Origin: Escherichia coli
GTDB taxonomy: Bacteria > Pseudomonadota > Gammaproteobacteria > Enterobacterales > Enterobacteriaceae
NCBI RefSeq assembly: GCF_016026235.1
Contig: NZ_CP065613.1
DNA: 64,000 nucleotides
Reading direction: 5' to 3' (one strand)
Under the pieces are notes generated by a model. That model did no database searches and was not told where the DNA came from. It saw only the letters and a program-made list of their open reading frames with translations. Positions within the stretch are counted from its first letter, which is position 1. Every line of letters begins with the position of its first letter. The position numbers and the translations under genes are program-made. Below are positions 11,641-22,883 of this stretch, piece after piece.

Positions 11641-12693
11641 ATGAAAAAAATACCCTGCGTGATGATGCGAGGTGGAACCTCGAGGGGCGCGTTCCTGTTA
11701 GCGGAACATTTACCCGAAGATCAAACGCAGCGCGATAAAATATTGATGGCAATTATGGGTTCCGGTAACGATCTGGAAATTGACGGTATTGGCGGCGGTA
11801 ATCCGCTGACCAGTAAAGTCGCCATTATTAGCCGCTCCAGCGATCCGCGTGCAGATGTCGATTATCTGTTTGCTCAAGTTATCGTCCATGAGCAACGTGT
11901 CGATACCACGCCTAACTGCGGCAATATGCTGTCTGGCGTTGGGGCATTCGCCATTGAAAATGGTTTGATTGCAGCGACTTCGCCAGTTACCCGCGTACGT
12001 ATCCGCAACGTCAATACGGGTACGTTCATCGAAGCTGATGTGCAAACGCCAAATGGTGTTGTCGAGTACGAGGGTAGCGCCAGAATTGACGGCGTACCGG
12101 GTACTGCCGCACCGGTTGCGCTCACTTTCCTGAATGCCGCCGGAACGAAAACCGGAAAAATCTTCCCAACGGATAATCAGATTGATTATTTTGACGATGT
12201 CCCGGTGACCTGTATCGATATGGCGATGCCAGTTGTCATTATTCCGGCTGAATATCTGGGAAAAACAGGTTATGAATTACCGGCGGAACTGGATGCCGAC
12301 AAAGCATTATTAGCCCGCATTGAATCTATCCGTCTACAAGCGGGTAAAGCAATGGGCTTAGGTGATGTCAGTAATATGGTTATCCCTAAACCTGTGCTTA
12401 TTTCTCCAGCGCAGAAAGGCGGGGCAATTAATGTGCGTTATTTTATGCCGCATTCTTGCCATCGCGCGCTGGCGATAACCGGTGCTATTGCTATTTCCAG
12501 TAGTTGTGCATTGGAAGGCACCGTCACCCGACAAATCGTCCCTTCTGTAGGATATGGCAATATCAATATTGAACACCCCAGTGGTGCGCTCGACGTTCAT
12601 TTAAGTAATGAAGGTCAGGATGCCACGACGTTACGCGCATCTGTTATTCGGACGACCAGAAAAATATTTTCCGGTGAAGTTTATCTTCCCTGA
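11641..12693 (+). CDS. ybhH: PrpF/AcnD-accessory-like putative isomerase
   Basis: 350 aa; conserved position and size. Confidence 0.8.
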   Translation: MKKIPCVMMRGGTSRGAFLLAEHLPEDQTQRDKILMAIMGSGNDLEIDGIGGGNPLTSKVAIISRSSDPRADVDYLFAQVIVHEQRVDTTPNCGNMLSGVGAFAIENGLIAATSPVTRVRIRNVNTGTFIEADVQTPNGVVEYEGSARIDGVPGTAAPVALTFLNAAGTKTGKIFPTDNQIDYFDDVPVTCIDMAMPVVIIPAEYLGKTGYELPAELDADKALLARIESIRLQAGKAMGLGDVSNMVIPKPVLISPAQKGGAINVRYFMPHSCHRALAITGAIAISSSCALEGTVTRQIVPSVGYGNINIEHPSGALDVHLSNEGQDATTLRASVIRTTRKIFSGEVYLP

Positions 12694-12768
12694 AAAAATT
12701 CGTTGTCAGGATAAGGACAATCAATAAAGGACTTCTGTATGAGTCATACAGAAAGAACAGGATTTTAA

Positions 12769-14202
12769 ATGAATAAGAAATCGTTATGGAAGCTAATTCT
12801 GATATTAGCGATCCCATGTATTATTGGCTTTATGCCAGCTCCGGCAGGATTAAGCGAACTGGCGTGGGTGCTTTTTGGTATTTACCTGGCGGCCATTGTG
12901 GGGCTGGTTATCAAGCCTTTCCCGGAACCTGTCGTACTGTTAATTGCCGTTGCTGCCTCCATGGTGGTGGTCGGTAACTTATCCGACGGTGCGTTTAAGA
13001 CCACCGCCGTATTAAGCGGTTACTCTTCAGGTACTACCTGGCTGGTGTTCTCGGCGTTTACCTTAAGCGCCGCATTTGTGACCACCGGTTTAGGTAAACG
13101 TATTGCCTATCTGCTGATTGGTAAAATCGGTAACACCACGCTGGGTCTGGGTTACGTTACGGTATTCCTCGATCTGGTATTGGCTCCGGCAACACCGTCT
13201 AACACCGCGCGTGCGGGCGGCATTGTGTTACCGATCATCAACAGCGTGGCGGTGGCTTTGGGGTCCGAACCGGAAAAAAGTCCGCGTCGTGTCGGACATT
13301 ACCTGATGATGTCCATTTACATGGTCACCAAAACCACCAGCTATATGTTCTTTACCGCAATGGCGGGGAACATTCTGGCGCTGAAAATGATCAACGACAT
13401 TCTGCACCTGCAAATTAGCTGGGGTGGATGGGCGCTGGCCTCCGGATTGCCGGGCATCATTATGCTGCTGGTCACCCCGCTGGTGATTTACACCATGTAT
13501 CCACCAGAAATTAAGAAGGTGGATAACAAAACCATCGCTAAAGCGGGTCTTGCCGAACTGGGACCGATGAAAATCCGCGAAAAAATGCTGCTCGGTGTCT
13601 TTGTGCTGGCGCTGCTGGGCTGGATTTTCAGTAAGTCTCTGGGGGTTGATGAATCTTCAGTGGCTATTGTTGTTATGGCGACCATGCTGCTGCTGGGTAT
13701 CGTTACCTGGGAAGACGTGGTTAAAAATAAAGGCGGCTGGAATACCTTAATCTGGTACGGCGGTATTATCGGCTTAAGTTCCTTATTATCGAAAGTTAAA
13801 TTCTTCGAATGGTTAGCTGAAGTCTTTAAAAATAACCTGGCATTTGATGGTCACGGAAACGTTGCTTTCTTCGTTATTATTTTCCTCAGCATCATCGTGC
13901 GTTATTTCTTCGCTTCCGGTAGTGCCTATATCGTTGCTATGTTACCGGTATTTGCCATGCTGGCGAACGTCTCCGGCGCACCGTTAATGTTAACCGCGCT
14001 GGCACTGTTGTTCTCCAACTCCTATGGCGGCATGGTTACTCACTATGGCGGCGCGGCAGGTCCGGTCATCTTTGGCGTGGGTTATAACGATATTAAATCC
14101 TGGTGGTTGGTCGGTGCGGTACTGACGATATTAACCTTCCTGGTGCATATCACCCTCGGAGTGTGGTGGTGGAATATGCTGATCGGCTGGAACATGCTGT
14201 AA
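12769..14202 (+). CDS. ybhI: Putative anion transporter (DASS/CitT-like permease)
   Basis: 477 aa, strongly hydrophobic multi-span membrane protein. Confidence 0.8.
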   Translation: MNKKSLWKLILILAIPCIIGFMPAPAGLSELAWVLFGIYLAAIVGLVIKPFPEPVVLLIAVAASMVVVGNLSDGAFKTTAVLSGYSSGTTWLVFSAFTLSAAFVTTGLGKRIAYLLIGKIGNTTLGLGYVTVFLDLVLAPATPSNTARAGGIVLPIINSVAVALGSEPEKSPRRVGHYLMMSIYMVTKTTSYMFFTAMAGNILALKMINDILHLQISWGGWALASGLPGIIMLLVTPLVIYTMYPPEIKKVDNKTIAKAGLAELGPMKIREKMLLGVFVLALLGWIFSKSLGVDESSVAIVVMATMLLLGIVTWEDVVKNKGGWNTLIWYGGIIGLSSLLSKVKFFEWLAEVFKNNLAFDGHGNVAFFVIIFLSIIVRYFFASGSAYIVAMLPVFAMLANVSGAPLMLTALALLFSNSYGGMVTHYGGAAGPVIFGVGYNDIKSWWLVGAVLTILTFLVHITLGVWWWNMLIGWNML

Positions 14203-14384
14203 ATATACTCGTCATACTTCAAGTTGCATGTGCTGAGTCTGCGTTCGCTCACCCCAGTCACTTACTTATGTAAGCTCCTGGGGATTCACTCGCTTGTCGC
14301 CTTCCTGCAACTCGAATTATTTAGAGTATATCCATTTATTATCTTTCTGCGCACTTCACGGTGCGCAGATATCTGGAGCATTTA

Positions 14385-16646
14385 ATGATCAAGTTATCTG
14401 AAAAAGGCGTGTTTCTCGCCAGTAATAACGAAATAATTGCCGAAGAACATTTCACCGGCGAAATTAAAAAAGAAGAAGCCAAAAAAGGCACTATTGCCTG
14501 GTCTATTCTCTCTTCTCATAATACGTCCGGAAATATGGATAAACTTAAAATTAAGTTTGATTCATTAGCCTCTCACGATATTACCTTTGTTGGTATTGTA
14601 CAGACCGCTAAAGCGTCCGGTATGGAACGTTTCCCGCTGCCGTATGTGCTGACCAACTGCCATAACTCACTTTGCGCCGTCGGCGGCACCATTAACGGTG
14701 ATGACCATGTTTTTGGTTTATCGGCGGCCCAGCGTTATGGCGGTATTTTTGTGCCTCCGCATATTGCGGTCATCCATCAATATATGCGTGAAATGATGGC
14801 AGGCGGCGGCAAAATGATCCTCGGGTCAGACAGCCACACCCGTTACGGTGCATTAGGGACAATGGCAGTCGGTGAGGGCGGCGGTGAATTGGTAAAACAG
14901 CTGCTTAATGACACCTGGGATATCGACTATCCGGGAGTTATTGCGGTGCATCTGACCGGAAAACCAGCGCCGTATGTCGGGCCGCAGGATGTGGCGCTGG
15001 CTATCATCGGTGCCGTGTTCAAAAACGGCTACGTCAAAAACAAAGTGATGGAATTCGTAGGTCCCGGTGTTGCTGCGCTCTCTACCGATTTCCGTAACAG
15101 TGTTGACGTTATGACCACTGAAACGACCTGTTTAAGTTCTGTCTGGCAAACCGATGAAGAAGTGCATAACTGGCTGGCGCTGCACGGTCGCGGCCAGGAT
15201 TACTGCCAGCTTAACCCTCAACCGATGGCGTACTACGATGGCTGCATCAGCGTTGATTTAAGCGCCATCAAACCAATGATTGCGCTGCCGTTCCACCCGA
15301 GCAACGTGTATGAAATCGACACACTGAACCAGAACCTGACCGACATTCTGCGTGAGATTGAAATTGAGTCCGAACGCGTGGCGCACGGTAAAGCCAAACT
15401 CTCGCTGCTGGACAAAGTGGAAAATGGTCGCCTGAAAGTGCAGCAGGGGATTATCGCGGGCTGTTCTGGCGGTAACTACGAAAACGTTATCGCGGCGGCG
15501 AATGCACTGCGCGGTCAATCCTGTGGCAATGACACCTTCTCGTTAGCGGTTTACCCGTCATCACAGCCAGTATTTATGGATTTAGCCAAAAAAGGTGTGG
15601 TAGCAGATTTGATTGGCGCAGGCGCAATCATCAGAACCGCGTTCTGCGGCCCATGCTTTGGCGCGGGCGATACGCCAATCAACAACGGTTTAAGTATTCG
15701 CCACACCACGCGTAACTTCCCGAACCGCGAAGGCTCTAAGCCAGCTAATGGGCAGATGTCAGCGGTGGCGTTGATGGACGCTCGTTCTATCGCTGCGACT
15801 GCGGCAAACGGTGGCTATTTAACTTCTGCCAGCGAACTCGATTGCTGGGACAACGTGCCGGAGTACGCCTTCGATGTAACGCCGTATAAAAACCGTGTTT
15901 ATCAGGGCTTTGTGAAAGGGGCAACTCAGCAACCGCTGATTTACGGACCGAACATTAAAGACTGGCCGGAATTAGGTGCGCTGACTGACAATATCGTCCT
16001 CAAAGTGTGCTCGAAGATCCTCGACGAAGTGACCACCACCGACGAATTGATTCCTTCCGGTGAAACCTCTTCTTATCGTTCAAATCCGATTGGTCTGGCG
16101 GAGTTTACCCTGTCTCGCCGCGATCCCGGTTATGTTGGCAGAAGTAAAGCGACTGCTGAGCTGGAAAATCAGCGTCTGGCGGGGAATGTCAGCGAGCTGA
16201 CAGAGGTGTTTGCGCGCATTAAGCAGATTGCTGGTCAGGAGCATATTGATCCGCTGCAAACTGAAATTGGCAGCATGGTCTATGCGGTGAAACCAGGCGA
16301 TGGTTCTGCGCGTGAACAGGCGGCGAGCTGCCAGCGTGTGATTGGCGGTTTGGCGAATATTGCCGAGGAGTACGCGACTAAACGCTACCGTTCTAACGTC
16401 ATCAACTGGGGGATGTTACCGCTGCAGATGGCGGAAGTGCCAACCTTTGAAGTGGGGGATTACATTTACATCCCTGGCATTAAAGCGGCGCTGGATAATC
16501 CGGGTAGGACGTTTAAAGGTTATGTGATCCATGAAGATGCGCCGGTAACGGAAATTACGCTCTATATGGAAAGTCTGACTGCTGAAGAGCGCGAGATTAT
16601 CAAGGCGGGTAGTTTGATTAACTTCAATAAAAACCGTCAGATGTAA
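14385..16646 (+). CDS. ybhJ: Aconitase-family protein
   Basis: About 753 aa from ATG 14385; aconitase-like Cys/Gly-rich motifs. Confidence 0.8.
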   Translation: MIKLSEKGVFLASNNEIIAEEHFTGEIKKEEAKKGTIAWSILSSHNTSGNMDKLKIKFDSLASHDITFVGIVQTAKASGMERFPLPYVLTNCHNSLCAVGGTINGDDHVFGLSAAQRYGGIFVPPHIAVIHQYMREMMAGGGKMILGSDSHTRYGALGTMAVGEGGGELVKQLLNDTWDIDYPGVIAVHLTGKPAPYVGPQDVALAIIGAVFKNGYVKNKVMEFVGPGVAALSTDFRNSVDVMTTETTCLSSVWQTDEEVHNWLALHGRGQDYCQLNPQPMAYYDGCISVDLSAIKPMIALPFHPSNVYEIDTLNQNLTDILREIEIESERVAHGKAKLSLLDKVENGRLKVQQGIIAGCSGGNYENVIAAANALRGQSCGNDTFSLAVYPSSQPVFMDLAKKGVVADLIGAGAIIRTAFCGPCFGAGDTPINNGLSIRHTTRNFPNREGSKPANGQMSAVALMDARSIAATAANGGYLTSASELDCWDNVPEYAFDVTPYKNRVYQGFVKGATQQPLIYGPNIKDWPELGALTDNIVLKVCSKILDEVTTTDELIPSGETSSYRSNPIGLAEFTLSRRDPGYVGRSKATAELENQRLAGNVSELTEVFARIKQIAGQEHIDPLQTEIGSMVYAVKPGDGSAREQAASCQRVIGGLANIAEEYATKRYRSNVINWGMLPLQMAEVPTFEVGDYIYIPGIKAALDNPGRTFKGYVIHEDAPVTEITLYMESLTAEEREIIKAGSLINFNKNRQM

Positions 16647-16659
16647 AAAGCGCCATGTG

Positions 16660-16866
16660 AATGTAGGTCGCATTCGGCACTTATTGTCGGATGCGATGCT
16701 TGCGCATCTTATCCGACCTACGAATCGCATCGAATCTGTAGGCCAGATAAGGCATTTACGCAGCATCCGGCACTTATTGTCGGATGCGATGCTGGCGCAT
16801 CTTATCCGACCTACAAATCGCATCGAACCGTAGGCCGGATAAGGTGTTTACGCCGCATCCGGCAAA
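16660..16866. repeat. REP/BIME cluster, two tandem units of about 93 bp
   Basis: Two direct copies of ...GGCACTTATTGTCGGATGCGATGCT.GCGCATCTTATCCGACCTAC... with imperfect palindromes. Confidence 0.6.
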
Positions 16867-16879
16867 TAGTTAATAGCTC

Positions 16880-18163
16880 TTACTTCTTCGCCTCTGCAAC
16901 CACTTTGCTACCCACGCCGCGGTTATTGTATTCCCACATGCGGTTGTAGTTAGTGTCATTCAGATTGCGCTGTATTTCGTCGCTATCGTCAACGCTGCCG
17001 GTATTACCCGCAAACGGACGATTAGAGATCACCGCATCGCCCCACGGTTTAACCGTGTTAAAACCTTCGTTGATGGCGCTATCACGGATCACCACCTGAC
17101 CGTTGGTATTGGCATCAACATCCAGCGAGCGGCCCAGTTGCGCCACGCCATCACCGGAAGCATTGAAACGGCTGTTTACGGCGAGGAAACCGTAATAGAT
17201 GTTGGACAGCGTAGCCGGTGCAAACACATACGCTTCTTGCTGAGTACGTGAGTTCACCACGCGGAATTCGGTGTTATCGAACACCACTGCACCGCGACCA
17301 GAAACGATATCCACATCCCCTTCAATATAGCTGTTGGTCACCAGCGTACGTGGCTGACGATTGGTTTCCAGACGGTTCTGCACACCGCTGTTGGTGACAA
17401 AGAAGGTGTTCTGACGACCGAGAATGTTAACGTTGTTAATCTGTACCTGGTCACCATCAGTACGCAGTGCCACCGCCGGATGGTTACCTGCATCTACGCT
17501 ATCGCCCAGCGTGTTTTCGATGGTCAGATTTTGCAGTTGCAGGCCATTGTTTTGTGACCAGAAGACCGCAGAACAGAGAACACCGATACTGTCGCTGCGT
17601 TTGCTCTGGCAGCTATCGTACATATACCACGCTGGTTTACCTGGCATATATTTGCCGCGCGGGTTGACGTCGTGACGCCAGTCGGCAGGGCTCATGCCAC
17701 CATCAAGGGAAAGCCCAATCTTCACATCAATCGGTTTTTCACCTGTACCGTACAGAGTAATTCCACCCGGAGCGGCAGGGACATATACCGTTCCCTGATA
17801 CTCACCAGGCATCACGGCAATATACTGGCGCTTGTTGGTACGCTTGATAATTGCCGCATCTACCGCCGCCTGAATCGTGGTATGCGTTACACCTTGAGTG
17901 CCCGCCGGGCCGACAACAAAGTCAGGTTGCGCAGGCAGGGTAATCGGGGACGGATTCCACGCTGCAGCACCTGGTGTCAGGGATGCAAAATAGTGTTGAG
18001 CATCGAAATTCTGCGCTTCTTTTGCCGACAGAATCGGGCGAGAAGAGGTACCAGGCGCAGTTTGATCAGAAGGACGTTGATCGGGTGGTGTTGAGCTACA
18101 GGCGGTCAGCGTCACGCCAAAAGCCAATGCCAGCGCCAGACGGGAAACTGAAAATGTGTTCAC
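16880..18163 (-). CDS. ybhC: Pectinesterase-fold outer-membrane lipoprotein
   Basis: 427 aa; N-terminal signal peptide with lipobox (LTAC); last core gene before att-lambda. Confidence 0.8.
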   Translation of the reverse strand: MNTFSVSRLALALAFGVTLTACSSTPPDQRPSDQTAPGTSSRPILSAKEAQNFDAQHYFASLTPGAAAWNPSPITLPAQPDFVVGPAGTQGVTHTTIQAAVDAAIIKRTNKRQYIAVMPGEYQGTVYVPAAPGGITLYGTGEKPIDVKIGLSLDGGMSPADWRHDVNPRGKYMPGKPAWYMYDSCQSKRSDSIGVLCSAVFWSQNNGLQLQNLTIENTLGDSVDAGNHPAVALRTDGDQVQINNVNILGRQNTFFVTNSGVQNRLETNRQPRTLVTNSYIEGDVDIVSGRGAVVFDNTEFRVVNSRTQQEAYVFAPATLSNIYYGFLAVNSRFNASGDGVAQLGRSLDVDANTNGQVVIRDSAINEGFNTVKPWGDAVISNRPFAGNTGSVDDSDEIQRNLNDTNYNRMWEYNNRGVGSKVVAEAKK

Positions 18164-18208
18164 AGGTTGCTCCGGGCTATGAAATAGAAAAATGAATCTG
18201 TTGAAGCC

Positions 18209-18300
18209 TGCTTTTTATACTAAGTTGGCATTATAAAAAAGCATTGCTTATCAATTTGTTGCAACGAACAGGTCATTATCAGTCAAAATAAAATCATTAT
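18209..18300. other. attL: lambda-type core plus phage P' arm
   Basis: GCTTTTTATACTAA core followed by GTTGGCATTATAAAAAAGCATTGCTTATCAATTTGTTGCAACGAACAGGTCA... with Int arm-type site CAGTCAAAAT. Confidence 0.8.
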
Positions 18301-19367
18301 TTGATTTCAATTTTGTCCCACTCCCTGCCTCTGTCATCACGATACTGTGATGCCATGGTGTCCGACTTGTGCCCGAGAAGATGTTGAGCAAACTTATCGC
18401 TTATCTGCTTCTCATAGAGTCTTGCAGACAAACTGCGCAACTCGTGAAAGGTAGGTGGATCCCCTTCGAAGGAAAGACCTGATGCTTTTCGTGCGCGCAT
18501 AAAATACCTTGATACTGTGCCGGATGAAAGCGGTTCACGACGAGTAGATGCAATTATGGTTTCTCCGCCAAGAATCTCTTTGCATTTATCAAGTGTTTCC
18601 TTCATTGATATCCCGAGAGCATCAACATGCAATGTTGTAGGGATGGCAATTTTTACGCCTGTTTTGCTTTGCTCGACATAAAGATATCCATCTACGATAT
18701 CAGACCACTTCATTTCGCATAAATCACCAACTCGTTGCCCGGTAACAACAGCCAGTTCCATTGCAAGTCTGAGCCAACATGGTGATGATTCTGCTGCTTG
18801 ATAAATTTTCAGGTATTCGTCAGCCGTAAGTCTTGATCTCCTTACCTCTGATTTTGCTGCGCGAGTGGCAGCGACCGGGTTTGTTGTTATATGGCCTTCA
18901 GCTATTGCCTCTCGGAATGCATCGCTCAGTGTTGATCTGATTAACTTGGCTGATGCCGCCTTGCCCTCGTCTATGTATCCATTGAGCATTGCCGCAATTT
19001 CTTTTGTGGTGATGTCTTCAAGTGGAGCATCAGGCAGCCCCCTCCTTATTGCTTTAATTTTGCTCATGTAATTTATGAGTGTCTTCTGCTTGATTCCTCT
19101 GCTGGCGAGGATTTTTTCGTAGCGATCAAGCCATGAATGTAACGTAACAGAATTATCACTGTTGATTCTCGCTGTCAGAGGCTTGTGTTTGTGTCCTGAA
19201 AATAACTCAATGTTGGCCTGTATAGCTTCAGTGATTGCGATTCGCCTGTCTCGGCCTAATCCAAACTCTTTACCCGTCCTTGGGTCCCTGTAGCAGTAAT
19301 ATCCATTGTTTCTTATATAAAGGTTAGGGGGTAAATCCCGGCGCTCATGACTTCGCCTTCTTCCCAT
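18297..19367 (-). CDS. int: Integrase (tyrosine recombinase), lambda Int type
   Basis: 356 aa starting MGRRRSHERRDLPPNLYIRNNGYYCYRDPRTGKEFGLGRDRR..., recognised as lambda Int. Confidence 0.95.
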   Translation of the reverse strand: MGRRRSHERRDLPPNLYIRNNGYYCYRDPRTGKEFGLGRDRRIAITEAIQANIELFSGHKHKPLTARINSDNSVTLHSWLDRYEKILASRGIKQKTLINYMSKIKAIRRGLPDAPLEDITTKEIAAMLNGYIDEGKAASAKLIRSTLSDAFREAIAEGHITTNPVAATRAAKSEVRRSRLTADEYLKIYQAAESSPCWLRLAMELAVVTGQRVGDLCEMKWSDIVDGYLYVEQSKTGVKIAIPTTLHVDALGISMKETLDKCKEILGGETIIASTRREPLSSGTVSRYFMRARKASGLSFEGDPPTFHELRSLSARLYEKQISDKFAQHLLGHKSDTMASQYRDDRGREWDKIEIK

Positions 19368-19563
19368 TTCTGATCCTCTTCAAAAGGCTACCTGTTACTG
19401 GTCGATTTAAGTCAACCTTTACCGCTGATTCGTGGAACAAATACTCTCTTCCATCCTTAACCGGAGGAGGGAATATCCTGCACTCGCGTACCCATCGACG
19501 AACTGTTTCAAGGCTCCTTGGGCGTCGCTGGCGTGCGTTCCACTCCTGAAGTGTCAAGTACAT
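19345..19563 (-). CDS. xis: Excisionase
   Basis: 72 aa MYLTLQEWNARQRRPRSLETVRRWVRE..., lambda Xis; overlaps the int start. Confidence 0.9.
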   Translation of the reverse strand: MYLTLQEWNARQRRPRSLETVRRWVRECRIFPPPVKDGREYLFHESAVKVDLNRPVTGSLLKRIRNGKKAKS

Positions 19564-19647
19564 CGCAAAGTCTCCGCAATTACTCGCAAGGGAGCGAGTA
19601 TTGGTTTATTTTCTCCAACAAAAAAGGAGCCGAAGCTCCTTTGATGA

Positions 19648-20271
19648 TTAAAATTCGAATTGTCTCGCCCGAAGGCTTTTCAGCATTGGTTTTGCCCGTT
19701 CGAAAAGGGCGCTTGCTTGGTCAAGTCGTGTCGCCTCCCTTAGCAGTACATCTCTGTTTTTCGTCACCGTGTAAAAAGTTTCAAACGCGATGTCATACAG
19801 CTTGCTCGTGTATGATGAGTTCAGTTCCTTCAATATCGGGTACAGACGTTTGCAGATGTCCTGCGCATTCTCCATCTGTACCTGCATATAGCAAAGGAGG
19901 ATGATTTCTTCGTCTGTGAATTGCTGCGCTGGTTGCATGCTGCGAAGTTTCTTTTCGCACTCGATGAAGTATCGGCGTATCTGGCGGCCTTTTTCGTTAC
20001 GCTCGACCATCGCCGTTTCTTTGGCTGTATCGAGGGTGAGGTGATAGTCTTTGCTACGGCGATCGCCTCCACGTCCTTTGATCCCCCTGTTTTGGTGAAC
20101 CAAAATGTAATCGACATCAACGGCAAAGCCGTATTCTGTTATGCGATTTTTAATCCATGTAGAGAAGTCACGACGTACTTCCAAAAATTCGTGTAAATCA
20201 CGGGCATTAACGAGAAGAGTTGTTTCGTTGGATATAGTGCCGTTGAATACGGGGATGAGTTGACTGGTCAT
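19648..20271 (-). CDS. AntA/AntB-type antirepressor-like protein
   Basis: 207 aa; LLVNARDLHEFLEV...DFSTWIK motif typical of the AntA domain. Confidence 0.45.
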   Translation of the reverse strand: MTSQLIPVFNGTISNETTLLVNARDLHEFLEVRRDFSTWIKNRITEYGFAVDVDYILVHQNRGIKGRGGDRRSKDYHLTLDTAKETAMVERNEKGRQIRRYFIECEKKLRSMQPAQQFTDEEIILLCYMQVQMENAQDICKRLYPILKELNSSYTSKLYDIAFETFYTVTKNRDVLLREATRLDQASALFERAKPMLKSLRARQFEF

Positions 20272-20592
20272 TTTTATGTCCTTTGCATTTGTTCAGATAG
20301 CCCTGTGTTCAGCAGGGCGGTCAGGTACTTGAACACCGTGCAAAGTCGGCCCGTATCCTTAACCTTTCGGCTGTTTTTCGGTATACGCGCTACCCGACCA
20401 TATCTGAAAAATGGACATAAAAAATCCGCATGACTGACGGGTGCGGTTTCCGCTTTGCAAGGTGTGTTCAGCACCATGAAGCGGAATATAGCCCCGTTAA
20501 TGCGGTGTTGTCAAATCATGTAGGCCTTATCTTGCTGTAAGCCGCGCCATTCGGGCTTTTCCCCACATTTGGGGAAAACTATCTTGTCAAAA

Positions 20593-21375
20593 TCATGCAG
20601 CCTTTCGCCCTCCTTCGATGAGTTCCTCTATTTTGTGCACTCCAGCCTCGTTGTACCGAAATGTTTCAACCTGCTTGTCATTGTGCGCCGATTTGTCGAT
20701 GAACCACTTCCCGTACTTTTCTGTTTTGAGCATGTAGGTGTTGGCTATGCGTCCTACCTTGTTGGCTGAAATACCGTAGCGCTGGCCGACTTCCGTAGCA
20801 GAGTAGTAGTGCTCTGAGATAGCTGGCAGAGGTACAACATCGCGACCAACAATCGGGTTGAACACTCCAGCTACTGCTGCCTGCTTTGATTCTGAGGACA
20901 GATTCGGGAACATATTCACCAGTCGATCCGCCACGTTCAAAGCTATTTCCATGGTTCGCGCACGGTCTAGGCTACTTTCTGGTTGCGGTACTGGTTGAGG
21001 ATGGTTGGCAACCTTTTCGCGCTGATTGAAGTAGCCGTCCTCCAGTTTTTCGAACACGTCCCATGCCTGATCCGTTTCGAGCATCTTCGCGTGACGGGCG
21101 GCTCCGCGCTCTGTCCAGAGGATGAGGTGGCGTGCATTTGGGGCAATTTTCACAAAGTAGTTTAAAGCTACTTTGTGTTTTAGCGCGCGCAGCTCGTCAC
21201 CAACGACCTTGTAGAAGTGTACCCCCTCAACAAAGCGCGACTTGTTTTCATGATGGTTTTGCCGGATGCGCACAACATCCGTTCCGTACAACTGCGCCAA
21301 TAGTTCGCTGGTGATGACGTTGGTTTGTTTGTAGGTGATTGGTGAAAGTGTTTCAACAGAAATTTGAGCATTCAT
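20593..21375 (-). CDS. Phage antirepressor (ORF6N-domain protein)
   Basis: 260 aa; N-terminal region paralogous to the ORF at 36834-37520. Confidence 0.55.
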   Translation of the reverse strand: MNAQISVETLSPITYKQTNVITSELLAQLYGTDVVRIRQNHHENKSRFVEGVHFYKVVGDELRALKHKVALNYFVKIAPNARHLILWTERGAARHAKMLETDQAWDVFEKLEDGYFNQREKVANHPQPVPQPESSLDRARTMEIALNVADRLVNMFPNLSSESKQAAVAGVFNPIVGRDVVPLPAISEHYYSATEVGQRYGISANKVGRIANTYMLKTEKYGKWFIDKSAHNDKQVETFRYNEAGVHKIEELIEGGRKAA

Positions 21376-21499
21376 AGCGTCCTCACATTGGCTTTTGCAT
21401 TGAAGAAAGCTTGACGGTGAACTCGCCGTAACGAGTTCAGATAAAAGAAATCCCCGCGAGTGCGAGGATTGTTATTTACCTTTGACGGCAAGTTGCAGG

Positions 21500-22030
21500 T
21501 TAGCCACGGTTAACCTCCTGCGGCGGTTCTGGTAGCTGCATCCAGTGGGTTACCTCTTTGAGATACAGGTCTTCGCCATCACCGTCATCCCAAGTGGGAT
21601 TGCCATCATTAAACCAGTCGCCATATACGCCGACCTGAGTGTTGGGGATGTTTGGTGGGTAGTTGTTTTTAAAGTCAGCTGCTAACACATAGCATTGTCG
21701 CTCTCCCATTTCTGGCATTCGCTCACTACAGCTTATCCAGGCATCCGGAGTTACCGGCACTGGCTGGGCGGTATAAAGCGGTGTTATATCTGCCCGAAAA
21801 TTACATGCTTTATGCAGCCGCACCCACCGTTCGACTTCTGCTTTGTCAGAATACATACCAGTGAACGTGTTATATTCACGGTCAATTTGCGTGAAGGTTA
21901 CCTTCCACGCCACCGGCTCTGCTGTCAGCGATGCCAGAGCAATTTCATAAGCACGGCGTTCAACATTGTCTCGCACATCCAAACTGCTGATACGCTCTTT
22001 GATTTCTTTAATCAGTTCTTTGTCGTTCAC
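21500..22030 (-). CDS. DUF551-like phage protein
   Basis: 176 aa with the characteristic C-terminal VTHWMQLPEPP motif. Confidence 0.5.
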   Translation of the reverse strand: MNDKELIKEIKERISSLDVRDNVERRAYEIALASLTAEPVAWKVTFTQIDREYNTFTGMYSDKAEVERWVRLHKACNFRADITPLYTAQPVPVTPDAWISCSERMPEMGERQCYVLAADFKNNYPPNIPNTQVGVYGDWFNDGNPTWDDGDGEDLYLKEVTHWMQLPEPPQEVNRG

Positions 22031-22102
22031 TTATGCCTCCGATTCCCGGATGTCACCCAAATCAACGCTACAATGCCAACCAGTGCAACGAGCGCAAAAC
22101 TA

Positions 22103-22606
22103 TCAAGCATCTCCAACCTCTTTAACGGTAACTGTCTGTGCCTCCAGTTCTGCTATGCGCTTTTCTGAGGCTTCAAGTAACGCCTGCTTATCGCGTAGCG
22201 CTTCTTCCAGTTCAGCAACATGGCATTCACTATCAATAAGGTTGTTCTCTGCTGCTTCCAGCTCAACACGCAACTTCCCTACCGTTAGCGCAATTTCCTC
22301 GTTCTCCTGATCGCGGCTTTTGATGTATTGCAGGTTTCTTTCCCGTTCATCCAGTAGTGCCAGCGCAACATTTGGATTAAAAGCAGCAATAAATTCAGCG
22401 TTTGCATAAGCCTGAACATCTGTTTCAACCAGGCAGTTAACATGACATTCCGCAATCACACCACCGGGTTCTCCTTTCCATTTTTGACAAACAAAAACTC
22501 CTGTTATATTCCCATGCTGATTGCCCGATGTATGCCCTACGATGTAGCTCCCTTTCGTTGCCTTTTCTGCCGCATCACGCAGTGCCTGATAATTAATTTC
22601 GCTCAC
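22103..22606 (-). CDS. Ead/Ea22-like protein
   Basis: 167 aa; conserved N-terminal domain and coiled-coil C-terminus; position matches lambda ea22. Confidence 0.5.
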   Translation of the reverse strand: MSEINYQALRDAAEKATKGSYIVGHTSGNQHGNITGVFVCQKWKGEPGGVIAECHVNCLVETDVQAYANAEFIAAFNPNVALALLDERERNLQYIKSRDQENEEIALTVGKLRVELEAAENNLIDSECHVAELEEALRDKQALLEASEKRIAELEAQTVTVKEVGDA

Positions 22607-22728
22607 TTCGAACCTCTCTGTTTACTGATAAGCTCCAGATCTGCATTAAGCGCAGCAAAAATCTCTGGTGGTGTGCGCCAGCTGTCGCGATGTTCGGCAG
22701 GAGTATTGCTTCCGGTGAAATCAGTCAT
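22603..22728 (-). pseudogene. Putative remnant of a phage adenine methyltransferase N-terminus
   Basis: 41-codon [36 protein letters not shown]... resembling the Dam-type N-terminus, then stop. Confidence 0.3.
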
Positions 22729-22883
22729 ACAGCCCCCCGTTTATTATTTATCTCCTCAGCCAGCCGCTGTGCTTTCAGTGGATTTCTGATAACAGAAAGG
22801 CCGGGAAATACCCAGCCTCGCTTTGTAACGGAGTAGATGAAAGTGATCGCACCTACCCGGATATTATCGCGAGGATGCTTCAT
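22725..22883 (-). CDS. Small phage protein (lambda orf60a position)
   Basis: 52-aa ORF; start overlaps the exo stop (ATGA), stop overlaps the next start. Confidence 0.3.
   Translation of the reverse strand: MKHPRDNIRVGAITFIYSVTKRGWVFPGLSVIRNPLKAQRLAEEINNKRGAV

Noticed and set aside
16416-16823. 135-aa minus-strand ORF between ybhJ and ybhC
   Set aside because: Lies within the REP/BIME repeats; the internally repeated peptide simply reflects the DNA repeat.
18209-18222. attL core as an exact copy of the lambda 15-bp core
   Set aside because: The window shows a T5 run (14 bp) where I recall T6; kept as a core-type att site but not asserted identical.
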